From Sphagnum compactum (Eukaryota): 64,000 nucleotides of DNA. Of this stretch, positions 12,221 to 24,099 are shown one piece after another. The notes under the pieces are model-generated. The model did not search any database. It was not told where the DNA came from and was given only the letters and a program-made list of their open reading frames with translations. Where the stretch lies: positions 17,040,213-17,104,212 of the forward strand of contig OZ234493.1 in the NCBI GenBank assembly GCA_965153455.1, in the 5' to 3' direction. The stretch's first letter is position 1, and every line of letters starts with the position of its first letter. Position numbers and translations under genes: made by a program.

Positions 12221-15200
12221 TTCAGTGTTTGTTGTTAAATTTGGCTTTGCCATCTCATCATCCTATGCCTGATATTGCCTAAATTTTGTACCAAAGGGTT
12301 TTGAATGTGTAAACTTCCAATGAATGTTGTAATCGCACATGAAGGATTAGAGTGAGCCAGATTCCTAACTAATGCTTCAAGAAAAGGTAAAATATGTTTT
12401 TTAAAAGGCCAGGTTTGGGGGGATTTTTGATGTAGTCATGATGTTTTGAATTGTTAATTTGCTACAGATTACCAAAATTTCAGACACACCTGTTTATAGA
12501 TACAATCAAACCTAAATAATTTAACTACATAAATCAGGTATTCCCGACCTACTACTCACTTACAGAATTGGGTATATATGGATAATGGTGTGATCATAAC
12601 TAGAAGCCAGTGACAAGAAGACTAACCCATTAGTCCCCATAGGTGACCATTATTCCCAATTGATTGTAGGAAGTTGTAATGAGAAGTGTGTTGCCATTAA
12701 GTGTCTATTCTTCACCATCATAGTATGCAGTTGTGCTGCTAGACTTGTGCCAAGTTCTTTACGTTACATTGAAAATTATCAATATTTCAGTTGGGGGGCC
12801 TTAGAGCCTTAGATGAGTATAGTTGGATAAAATGGTTAGAAAAGAGAAATGTGAATGTCTGATGTTTAACATATTAGGCAGCCATAGCCAATTTTGATCA
12901 TAGGCCCTACTTTGACTAGCTATTTTAGTGAACAGCTTTAGGCTTCCAAGCCATGGAATAGTGCCACTTGGTTGCCAAGTGAGCCTTCCTTAATGCCTCA
13001 CTAGACCTGGTACTCGTGCCCTGATTTCTGGGTGGCTTTAAGTTTTTAGAGTTGACCTGTATGGGGAAGTTTCTAGCACAAGTTGCCCAATGACCTGCAA
13101 AAGTTAATTTGGCAAAGAATGAGTAGGTAGACACGTTGCCTTTATTTGAACAATTACAAAATGTCCATAAAAAGTAAATAGACCTATGGCTGATGGAAAC
13201 ACATACAATGTTACATGCAAGCAATAATCCATGGTGGGAAAACACATTTAGTCTCAAAAGTCAATAACCTTCTAGGGTGAATAACATTTTATCACATTGG
13301 AGAAGATATTTAAGTGTAAAATCAATAGACACTCAACAACATTTTGTTGAAAAACTTTACAACACGCCTCCAGGAGTGAAGGTAGTATATATCCCAACTC
13401 TGGTTGGAAAGACCCCCAGGACATGAAATATTCTATTATGTATTTCACTTCTTTCTTTACTCTTTGGTAGAGCAAATAAACAAACAATGTTGTAAAAGTA
13501 TGTGTTTTTAGTTGTGTGTTGATTCTGCATGTTTTGTAATTGCTATAAAATGTATGTTCATACATAATGTTTTAATTTATTTTCCTTCCAAGAAATCTCC
13601 AAATATGTGAAAAACTTTGTAAGCCTTCCACAAAAATACCTCAAGCAAATGCTGTTCTTCATGCATGGGTCCAATTAGCCATAATGTCAAAGCAAATCAA
13701 TGGCATACTACTTTGCTAGCAAAAGACCTTAACAAGCAAGAATAGGCATTTGATGCTAACAAAACAAACTGCAATTGATAAACATTACACATTCCTAATT
13801 GACTCTGCCCTTTAAGGAAATGCTACTACCCTACCTGGGACTTCTCTGTTGTAGGAACATATGGTGACAAGAATGCCCATATTTGACAAGAAGAAAATCA
13901 CTGGCTAAATCACTGGCTTTATGGTGATGGGGAAATTCATGGATCATCTGACATGCAATTATCATTGGACACATTATTCTTCTCTCCTTGCTTCTAGATG
14001 TATTGGTTGCTTGCCTGTTTATCTCTGGACATTGCAGGTATGTTAGCTGTTGCAAAGGATTACAATAACAGGAGTGAGACGAGAAGAAAGTAGTTAAGTC
14101 ATGTTCCAGGGGTTGCAACGTGCTTCCCCTCATGTGTATGTCCCAGTGTGATAGGCAACAATGCCAGGGCAAAGGACAAAAGGATGCTACTTGACATCCT
14201 GTAGTCTAAGAAGGACCAATACCAAACAACTGCTGATCCTAGGGATGTGCAATTCTTCAACTTCTCATGGAATGGGCACTAATGATGTGGTGCCACCAGG
14301 TTCCCCTGTGCGAAAGGGCATGGTGCAAATATCATACTAGGCATTGAAGTACAGTTAGGACTTAAGCTATCACTTAGGACCACTTTAGACATTGGACTGA
14401 AAACAATATTGGTCCCAATGTGAAGCAAATGGATGTGGAGGAACTTGATCAACAGAAATTCTCCTACCTTCTCTTTGATCTCATCAATACAAATTTGTGC
14501 CGACTAAGAGCAATTTCATTTCTGATCTCATATTTCCATTGTCTAAAGTCAATTGACCCAATTGAAAGCCTTTCACTCTAACATAATCATTCAATTTGAG
14601 TTTGCTTTGTGTTGGACCCACATCTAAAGTGGCCTTTATTAGTAACACTTGTGCCAATCAAAAGAAGGAATGTGCAATGCATATACTCACACAACAACCC
14701 ATATCCTTCCAGGCATGTGGGTGAAAGTTCATAAGCCCCTACTAATTAGTTGTCAAATCCTTCTCTTACCCTTCCCTTTGTTGTTCTCTGTACACTTCGA
14801 AAACCTTGAGCAGCAAGTCTCTAACACACTTCGAAAAATGCAAGTGTCTTTTATGCTCAGCTGAGCACCAGCAGTGGGGTTGGTTGCATTTCAACTTTCA
14901 CACTTACAAACCCACATCCCATTCCTACCAGGCATTAAATTTGAATCCTTTAATGGTATCTAGCCCTTCTAGTGCCAAGCAAAAAAAGGTGATGCCTTTA
15001 GCACCTAACAGGCAACTTCATTTCCAATCCTTCAAGATGTAAGACATTTGTTTAAAAATTCACATAATTTAGTTCAGAATATCAGGAGTTATTCTTGGAG
15101 GCTGGATGAAGTTGATGTATTAGGGTAGGGTGCATGTCACTTGTTGGCCTGCCCTAACATTGCTGGATTGGGAGCAAATATACATTGTATGGAAAGATTT

Positions 15201-17713
15201 GAAAGAGGGAAGGTCTTTGAAAGTAGTTATGTTGCTAAACATTTTTCCACGCTTGAAAGATATGTAGCTTTTTTTTAATATCTATTCATTTGAAAAGCAG
15301 AAAGGGCTTAGAATATATGTAACTTTTGATGAGCCTTTAATATATTTCTAGTAGAAGCTTTAAAATATATCATACTTCTTTGAATTTTCAAGAGTCGGTC
15401 AATTTTAAAACACACTTTAGTCATCAATCTTTCAATCTGAAGCAGTCTTTCAAAAATGAATGGCACATGGTCCCTTCATATTAAAGGCATGATTCCCAGT
15501 CCTGACCTGTTACTTGCCATCAATAGTTAGTCTTGATTGAACTTCGGTTTTTTCTTATCAGCTTTTGTTATGAATCTTTAAGCACTTAGCAATGTTAGGA
15601 CTTATTTTCTTACTTCCTCCACTTTCATTATTCAATATTCTAATGTTTTCTTGACAAGTTTACATCAATTCTTAGAGCATCTCCAAGTGTTAGAATTTTT
15701 AATATATTTGTTTAATTTAGTAATAAACACCGTCCTGTTCTCACCCATAACCTTCTAAAAATATAAATTTGTACTATTTATTATTGAACACCTGAGCCAA
15801 TAGAAAATCCCAATTGATCCAAAATAGTGAATTCATTTGCAGAGGTTGAACATTATTTCCTATAAATGATAGAGTTGCAAAGCAATAAGAACTCATATAT
15901 ACTCAGAATTAATATGAAAATGCCTATGGAATACTGCAGTGGAGATGCTATTACTCTTACTTGCTTACTCCAAGTAAATAAATAAATGAAAATAAAAAAA
16001 TACGTATATGCATAAATGTATCTAAAAAAATAATACAATTTATAGGAATCCCTTCATTAATTCTCTCCCCATACCAACAGTCCCAAAGAAAAAATAAAGG
16101 AAGTGAATGGGGAGGAAGGTCAGTTATATGATCAGTTGGCTGCAGCAGCAGTGCTGCTGGTGCAGTTGTGTCCCTCTTCTGTCGTCCCTGGGACTTTCTG
16201 AAGAAAACAGCTCTTACAATCCCCCTACAATCCCAAGGAGATCTACATGGGGCCCGCGAGGTTGCAGCGCTTAAGAGTTTTTTCCCATCTCTCCGTAAAA
16301 CTGTTCCCGCAGCTGTAGCAATAGTTCCGAATGGTTTTGTTGTTTTTGAACATTGTAATTTGTTATTTTCAGACTTTCGTCAGTGAATTTGAGTTGTGGG
16401 AGTTTTATATCTCACTAGCAGCAGGTCATGTGGAGCTGTGCAGGGAACTGTTGTGAAAGTAGTGGGATTTGTGTGCATAAAATTTGTGTAGTCGTAATTT
16501 TGCTGCTTGAATGTGGATGAAATTTGTTTCCGTGATTTTATTTTTCTTCACATAGGAATTACAGCGATGGTTTGTCAGGAAATTACAGTTGCTGCTGTGT
16601 GCACCTGCAAAGATCGACAACTGGGAGAAAAAAGTGAGGCTACGCAGCCATCAGCATCGTCAGAGTCCTTTGCTGTTGCAAAATTTTGCTGCATTTGCTC
16701 CAGTGTACTAGCCTGGTAGTGGAGTGTGCTCCATGTTGCTCCATGCGGCAATGCGCCCATGAGCTTGTTGACGCCGGCCGCTAAGAAGTCTGCAGGGGTG
16801 AGTTGAACTATTGAGTTACTCATTTGCAGCTACTCTGCATCATCATCATCATCAGGCTTTCTTCTTTGTAAGTCTTTAGTCCTTCACAGTGCATGATGTT
16901 AAATCATTCTTCCGAAACTTGCTTCCGACAACAGTGCTAGTAGTGTTCTTCTCGTAGTGTTGTCGCTTTACTTCGAGTCCCATTGAAGCTTCTTCTCCAT
17001 TGTGCTGCTATCCCAGAGCTTCAGATTCTAGTTATCTCCTGACGTGATTGAGATCGTGCACAAAAGGTTCTGATTCATCGTCAGTTCCCCAAAAGCATCT
17101 GTTTCCCTCGATGGATTGTGTAACAATGCGAGCTGTTATTTTGTCATTTGGTATGAAGCTTCCTTTTCATGACAATCGAGATAGTCATACTTGCGTCGGA
17201 ACTGCGATATATCTGTGATCTTGGGGCTACGTCCATTCCGCAAAAACCTACATCTCCAGCAGGTCCATGGCAAGAGGGCTGAGGCTCAGAGGAAGTGCGG
17301 CGGTTATAGAGGGCTACGTCCATTCTAAAAAAACCTAGGAGAACGAGCAGTGAGGCAAGCTCCGACGAGGGGATGGAATGCGCTCCTGCTGCAGCGCACC
17401 GAGGGAGATGAGCGGTGCACTGGCGAGATTAGGCCTGAAAGTTGCAGTCTGCTGTTGTGGGCCTGCTTCTCAGATCTGTGGACATAGTGGGTTTACATGT
17501 GGGAGATGGCAATTTTAGCTTGTCATTTCAAGAATTGCACAAGCATCTATTTGTCACGGGTTCTCATTCCGAGTCCAATGAGTGCACAACGTTGCAGAAA
17601 CCAGTAACGTCGACGTAAGACCAGCTGCTAGACTGCATAATCAAACCATCTGATCAGGAATTCACACCTTGTTCCAGAGAGCTTCGGCAGCATTAAGCAA
17701 GTTGCCCAATAAT

Positions 17714-20700
17714 ATGTTACTACCCTGCAAGATGTTTAGCCTATTTCCACGACCGGAGTGCCGCTGCAAGTACATGATCGTCATCACATTGTGCGCCTTG
17801 ATACTGGCCACCACAACGAAGCATTGTGCTCCAGGCGTGTCAGGCTCTAGTGCCGACGATATCACGGCGCTCCTCGCGTTCCAGGCGACGGTCCGGGGCT
17901 CGCACAGTGCTTTGGCGAGCTGGAAGGCTAACGTGGACGGCAGCTTCACGCCCTGTAATGGCTGGACCGGAGTGGGATGCGACACGCTGGGGAACGTTGT
18001 GAATGTTACGTTGGCATCGCTCTCGCTTTACGCTACTCTTCCGGCCGAGATCGGCCTCCTGACGTCGATGCAGGTGCTAGACCTATTCGCGACCAACTTG
18101 ACGGGCGCCATTCCTGCCGAGCTTGGCAACTGCACGAGCTTGAAGTTGCTGGACTTGAGTCAGAACAGCCTGACGGGTGTCATTCCCGCCACGCTCGGCC
18201 AACTGCGGCAGCTGCAGTATCTCCAGCTCAATTCCAACTTCCTGGAGGGCGCATTGCCTCCCGAACTCGGCCAATGCTCGAGCCTGACTAACCTCTTATT
18301 CTACGGCAACAGCCTGAGCGGCGGCATCCCTGCCGAGCTTGGCCAGCTCTCACAGCTCAATATCCTTCGCGGTGGGGGGAACTCCAACCTCACCGGGATC
18401 TTACCTCCTGAGCTCAGCAACTGCACGCAGCTCACGGAGTTGGGGTTTGCAATCACGGGTCTGCATGGCAGTATCCCTCCAGAGTATGGGATGCTTACGA
18501 ACTTGACGATCTTCAAGGTTTACTCATCCAATCTCACCGGCTCTATACCGCCGGAGCTCGGGAACTGCACGAGCTTGCAATACTTGTATCTTGAACAGAA
18601 CCAGCTGACCGGCATCATCCCGCCGGAGCTCGGTAATCTGCAGCAGCTCTTGGAGCTTAACCTCTGGTTCAACGAACTGACAGGAGAGATTCCAGTGTCT
18701 TTGGGGAACTGCAAGTCTCTGCAATCCATGGAAATCTCGGATAACCAGCTGACAGGAACCATCCCGAAGGAGCTCGGCCAACTGCAGTCGTTGTGGGCAC
18801 TGTACATGACGGGCAACAAGCTCGAGGGAAGTATACCGCCGGAGATAGGGAACTGCAGCTCGCTTGCGGACTTACAACTGGACAGGAATCAACTCTCGGG
18901 AACGATACCTCCTGAGCTTGGGAGCTTGACGCAGCTCAGCAACTTACTCTTGTGGGAGAACCAGCTCACAGGTCCGTTGCCGGCTTCACTGGGCAACTGT
19001 AACAAGTTGGCGAACATCGACGTCTCGGGCAATAGTCTGAATGGCAGCATTCCGCCGGCACTCTTCTTGCTACCTATGCTCGAGAAGCTCACACTCGGCT
19101 CCAACCAGTTTTCCGGGGAGATCCCTACAAATATTGACCAGAGCACCGGTCTCTTGCGTTTACGCCTCTCCAACAACTCACTCTCAGGTACTGTCTCGAC
19201 CCTTCTAGTGAGCTTCGAGTCCCTAGTCCATCACGAATCATTCTCTTTGTCAGTCGCCGTCTTGGAAGTTCCGCTGTGGTTCTTCTTCCAACTTATAATC
19301 GTCGTCTTGTAAGTTACGCCGTCGTTCTTCTTCAAACTTACAATCGTCGTCTTGTAAGTTACGCTGTTGTTCTTCTGGGAACTTATAATCGCCGTCTTGG
19401 GAGTTACGCTGTTCGTCTTCGACGTTACAATAGCCGTCTTGGAAGTTACGCTGTTGTTCTTCTTCGAACTTACAATGGCCTTCTAGGAAGTTACGCTGTT
19501 GTTCTTTTTCAAACTTACAGCAGGTGTGTTGTGCGTACAGGCAGCATCCCTCCGCAAGTTGGATTGCTGAAGAACCTCGTCTTTCTAGACATCGCCTTCA
19601 ATAATTTGTCTGGGAGTATCCCAAGTGAGATCGGCAATGCCAGTGCACTGCAGCTTCTCACTCTCAATGCTAATCACCTCACTGGCACCCTCCCAGTTTC
19701 GCTAGGTAATCTTGCTCGTCTCCAGACACTGGATGTTTCGGACAACGGTTTGGAAGGGCCGTTGCCACAAGAGCTGGGGAATTTGGGTGAACTTCTTCAG
19801 CTTTCCCTCAGTGACAACGCGTTCATGGGTCCTATGCCTGTCTCTCTCGGTAACTGCCAGCAGCTAGAGCTTCTTAACATGAGTCAGAACCACTTGAACG
19901 GCTCCATCATCCATGAGATAGGAAAGCTTACAAGCTTGATCTCCGGGCTCGACTTGAGCTGCAACAATTTCACGGGTCCGCTTCCCGAAGAGCTTGCGAA
20001 TCTTGTCAGTCTCCAGCTGCTGGATTTGTCACAAAACAGCCTCACAGGAAGCTTGCAAGTTCTTGGGCAGCTTGATAGCTTGACATCCCTCAATGTTTCC
20101 TTCAATGATTTCACTGGACCTCTTCCCGACTCCTCAGTCTTCCGCAACTTGCCTTCAAGTGATGTGGTGGGCAATCCAGGGCTTTGTTTACCAGGGCGGA
20201 ATTCTGCAAACGGGTCCTCATGCGACAGCGGTTCCAGCGGGCAGCCAAGTGCAGATGATCAGGGTTCCTCAAATCGTCACTCTCGTAGCAAAGCTGGAAT
20301 TACAACAATGGTATGTCTTTTGTTTGGATTTGCAATACTGATTCTCGCTGGTGGGTGCTTCCTGTTTTACAAGAGGTATTGGATCTATGGCAGAAATCCT
20401 TTTGGCTCTGAGGCAGAGAGTACATGGCCATGGAAACTTACACCATTCCAGAAGCTGACATTCACAGTGGACGATGTACTGGATAGCCTTGTGGAGCTCA
20501 ACATCATTGGGAGTGGGTTCTCTGGCATAGTATACAAGGCAGAAATGGATGGTGGAGAGACCATTGCAGTGAAGAAGCTCTGGCCTGCAACAGTGGGAGA
20601 ACGAAACTATGATGCTTTTGCTGCAGAGGTTGACACTTTGGGCAGAATCAGACACCGAAATATTGTGCGCTTGTTGGGTTACTGCTCCAATAAGGAGCTT

Positions 20701-21828
20701 AACCTCCTCATGTATGACTATTTGCCAAATGGGAGCTTAGGGGAGGTGCTTCATGAGAAGAGGAAGAACCTCAACTGGGAGACTAGGTACAACATCTGTC
20801 TTGGAGCTGCGCAGGGACTTGCTTACTTGCATCATGACTGTGTGCCTGCAATTTTGCACCGTGATGTTAAGTCTAATAATATTCTGCTGGACTCACGGTA
20901 TGAGCCGTTTGTAGCGGATTTTGGCTTGGCCAAGCTGATTGATGGAGCAAACTCCAAAGCCATGTCCAAAGTCGCAGGTTCATATGGCTACATTGCTCCA
21001 GGTCAGTGGGTGTACCACTCTTGTTGGTTATTCTTGTGCTTTGAGTAGTTTATCAGATATCACAAGGAAAGAGATCTCACTTTCAGTATGTTTTCTGCAG
21101 GAGATTTTACTTTCTCTTTTGTAGGATTTATTTTGTTTGTTTATTTGTATGTTTTATTTGTGTGACGTTGTCAGTTGCTTAATAATGTTGGGTGTCAATC
21201 TAGTAGTGTTGTTATGTCATGTCAGGTATGTGTATGTGGGTCTGTCATGTCATGTAGGAGATTTTATTTTATGTGAGATTTAATTTGTTTGTTTGTGCGT
21301 ATGCTCTATTTGTGAGAATTTCTTAGTTGTGATAGTGTTGGCCACCAATCTAGTAGCATATGATAGTCAATATGTAGCTTGGGTATGGAAAAGACATGGG
21401 TCCTAATTGGTGCAGGTTTGCATCATTGTGCAGAGTATGGATACACCTTGAAGATTACAGAGAAGAGCGATGTATACAGTTATGGAGTGGTGCTTCTTGA
21501 AGTTCTGACAGGGCGAAGGGCTGTGGACTCAAGGTATGGCGAGGGCTGGCACATAGTGAAATGGGTGCAAGACATGAACATGAATCCACAAGTGATTGCA
21601 ATGGATGTGTTGGACTCTAGGCTCTGTGGGATGCCTGATGACTACATTCAAGAGATGCTGCAAACACTTGGGGTTGCACTCATGTGTGTAAATCAGACTC
21701 CGGCAGAAAGGCCAACGATGAAAGAAGTTGTGACACTACTGCTGGAAGTAAAGCAAGAACCTGAAGCAAACAATTCAAAGTTGTCACAACCACTTGTGAA
21801 GCACCCATCAAGTTCAGAACAATGCTAG
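17714..21828 (+). CDS. LRR receptor-like Ser/Thr kinase, subfamily XI, RGI/RGFR-like
   Basis: Exons 17714 (alternative ATGs 17732, 17774)-19187, 19541-21001 and 21434-21828, with GT-AG introns that keep the frame; about 1090-1110 aa. Signal peptide-like segment, LRR N-cap (C-x-W-x-GV-x-C), more than 20 plant LRRs, TM ([21 protein letters not shown]), juxtamembrane [11 protein letters not shown], and complete kinase motifs ([47 protein letters not shown]). Confidence 0.95.
19255..19521 (+). repeat. 45-bp minisatellite, 6 copies, inside intron 1 of the RLK
   Basis: Unit approximately CGYCGTCTTGKAAGTTACGCTGTTGTTCTTCTTCRAACTTAYAAT, starting at 19255, 19300, 19345, 19390 (42 bp), 19432 and 19477. 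Confidence 0.9.
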
Positions 21829-24099
21829 CCCCTGTTGCTCCAACCTCTCTTAATATACGACATTTTATACTAAAGTGAAACAGGTGCACTCGCCCAGCAT
21901 ACACGACCACTGTTCCAGTGCAACATGTCTGCTTGCAATGTATTATGACACTCTGTCATTGCTTTACAGACAACCATGCCAGCTTCATGATCATCAACGC
22001 ATCAAAATTTGCTGTGGGTTCCAGCTTCTCTCTCCAAGCGTGATCCACCAAAGCTTTATCCTTCTCCATGCTTTGTGTGCAATTGACTTTTGAACCTGAT
22101 TTTATCTTCTTCAGAAGGGAAGCAGTACTATAGAGCAATTGATGCAGTAATCAGATGTGCCCAGGTAGTAGTACCATATCTAGATTCAAATGGAGATGAG
22201 TGTTTGGGGTAACCACCCTCACTTGACCTGGGTCCTGAACTGAAATGTTGCTGTATCCCCAACCTTGGAGTACTAGACCAAAATTGTGCCTGCAGAGGGT
22301 TGCAGCTGATAGTGGGAGTTTCAAAGAGATTTCCAATCAGTGCTATGTCCTCATGAGATAGTTCTACATAGCTAGGTGAAACTGTTTGCAGTAACGTAAA
22401 TTAGGCACACCTGCAGGACGAACTTGATGCATTGTGTCAGAAAACAAATCAGCACAAGAGAGCACCTTATCTACCACATTGCCATTATGATGAGTTGAGA
22501 CTTACTTTGTTATTTGTGGCAAGCCAGGGTTTGTAACAGTAGAGAAGGTATCCATTGAGATGAGGTATGCAATAGACACTAGTGAGAGAGACTAGCAAGT
22601 ATATAGTTGTGGCCTCTTTTAACCCAGTCAGCTGTGCTTTGCAGACTTGTGAATACCTTTCTCATATCCTGTACTGATCTTTTGAAAATGGGGCTAAATT
22701 CCCTTTTTAATTGTACTACAGGTCTTTGTATTCTCCTAGTTCAGGGCAATATATCCCTGAATGCAGATTGCCCTGAATATTGTGCTTTTGCACTCTTTTG
22801 GCCATTATTGCCTACAAGTTTTAGTCAACAACCTACTGGGTGGTATGGATATAAGTACATATGACAATATAAGTCGAATTTGTTTGTTAAAGCACCGCAC
22901 AATAACAAACTGTGGGGTACTTTGAGTTCAGATTTGCTTTGTACCTTGCATTGAGGAAGTGTGGAAATAATGCATCTCCAATCGTTTCTGGAATGGAAGA
23001 ACACTTTGCAAATGGCAGCAACAATCTAATCCATTCCAAAGATGGTTTATAGCACCTCTTTCCTTGGGAGGAAAAAAAAAGTGTCTATCTGCACATTTTG
23101 TGACAGAACAAAGAAACATGTAACATATGAAATGTTGTACAGTATTCTGAACTTGAGCCCAAGTTGAGTCACCCAGACTCTGAAAGGTTTCTCTCCCCCT
23201 TGGAGTGGAAAGTGGCAAGGAAAATCTACTGCTGTTGATACTCACATAGTGCCAAATTACACAATGATCAGCACAACTTGATCTTCAAGCTCCACTCCTG
23301 CTCTCGCACATGAAGGCACACAGTATGTTGGGAAATCATGACCCCCAGAGTTGTTCCTAGCTAGGGACTTCTCAATCATCTTCAAGTGCCCCCAAAATAT
23401 TTCACTGTCTGAATGACTTCCACTTCTCTAGAAACCACAGTTATGTCAGAGAAGTAGTCATTCTCTCTATCAGTGAAACTCCCATCTCTAAACACATCAT
23501 TCCAGTTTACATAACTCTGAGGGCCTCATCTAGTATTGATTGATAAGCATGAAAAATTTGACTGAACCTCTGATCAGACAATAAAGTAGCTGAGAAATCA
23601 TGTGAGCATTGAGCATGAGCAAAGCATGGAGAATAATATGAGTAGATATGGCCACAATTACACAGCTGGTCATGAGGTCAAACCACTAATTGGTCATGGT
23701 AAAATACTACTGATATAACCAACCCAGCAACAATGGAAGCGTAGGAGTTCTTCTTAGGATACACCACCAGTCATCTCACCAGAGGAACTGTAACCCTAAG
23801 AGCTTTAGAGTCCATGGGGGAAAAATGGGCAACAAGGTTGTCACCAAAAAAGAAGGATAGTAAACTAATTGCAACACTCCCTCCATTTCTATTACAACAT
23901 GACCAGCATTATGTTGACATCATGTTTACCCTCTCAGCTGCACATACACTTATGCAAATAGCAACATACATTTCAGCTAAGTTGAATGCAAGTTATAGTA
24001 GCAACCCAATCTGTATTTTAATCTATGGATTTGGTGTGGATCAAATCCCCCCAATTCTCTCATGAGCTACCATGGTTTTTTGTGGGCTTCATAGACACA

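Noticed and set aside
19255..19521. 45-bp repeats as a CRISPR array
   Set aside because: Units are directly adjacent with no unique spacers, there are no cas genes, and the array lies in a eukaryotic intron.
17662..20655. Many overlapping antisense and alternate-frame ORFs over the RLK
   Set aside because: Shadows of GC-rich, repetitive LRR and kinase codons, with no independent motifs.
19276..21048. 590-aa ORF as a separate gene with an N-terminal repeat domain
   Set aside because: It begins at a non-ATG codon inside intron 1. Splicing 19187 to 19541 restores a perfect LRR, so it is exon 2 of the RLK.
22900..23800. Possible minus-strand gene remnant downstream of the RLK
   Set aside because: Only short broken frames with no recognisable motif or consistent splice structure.
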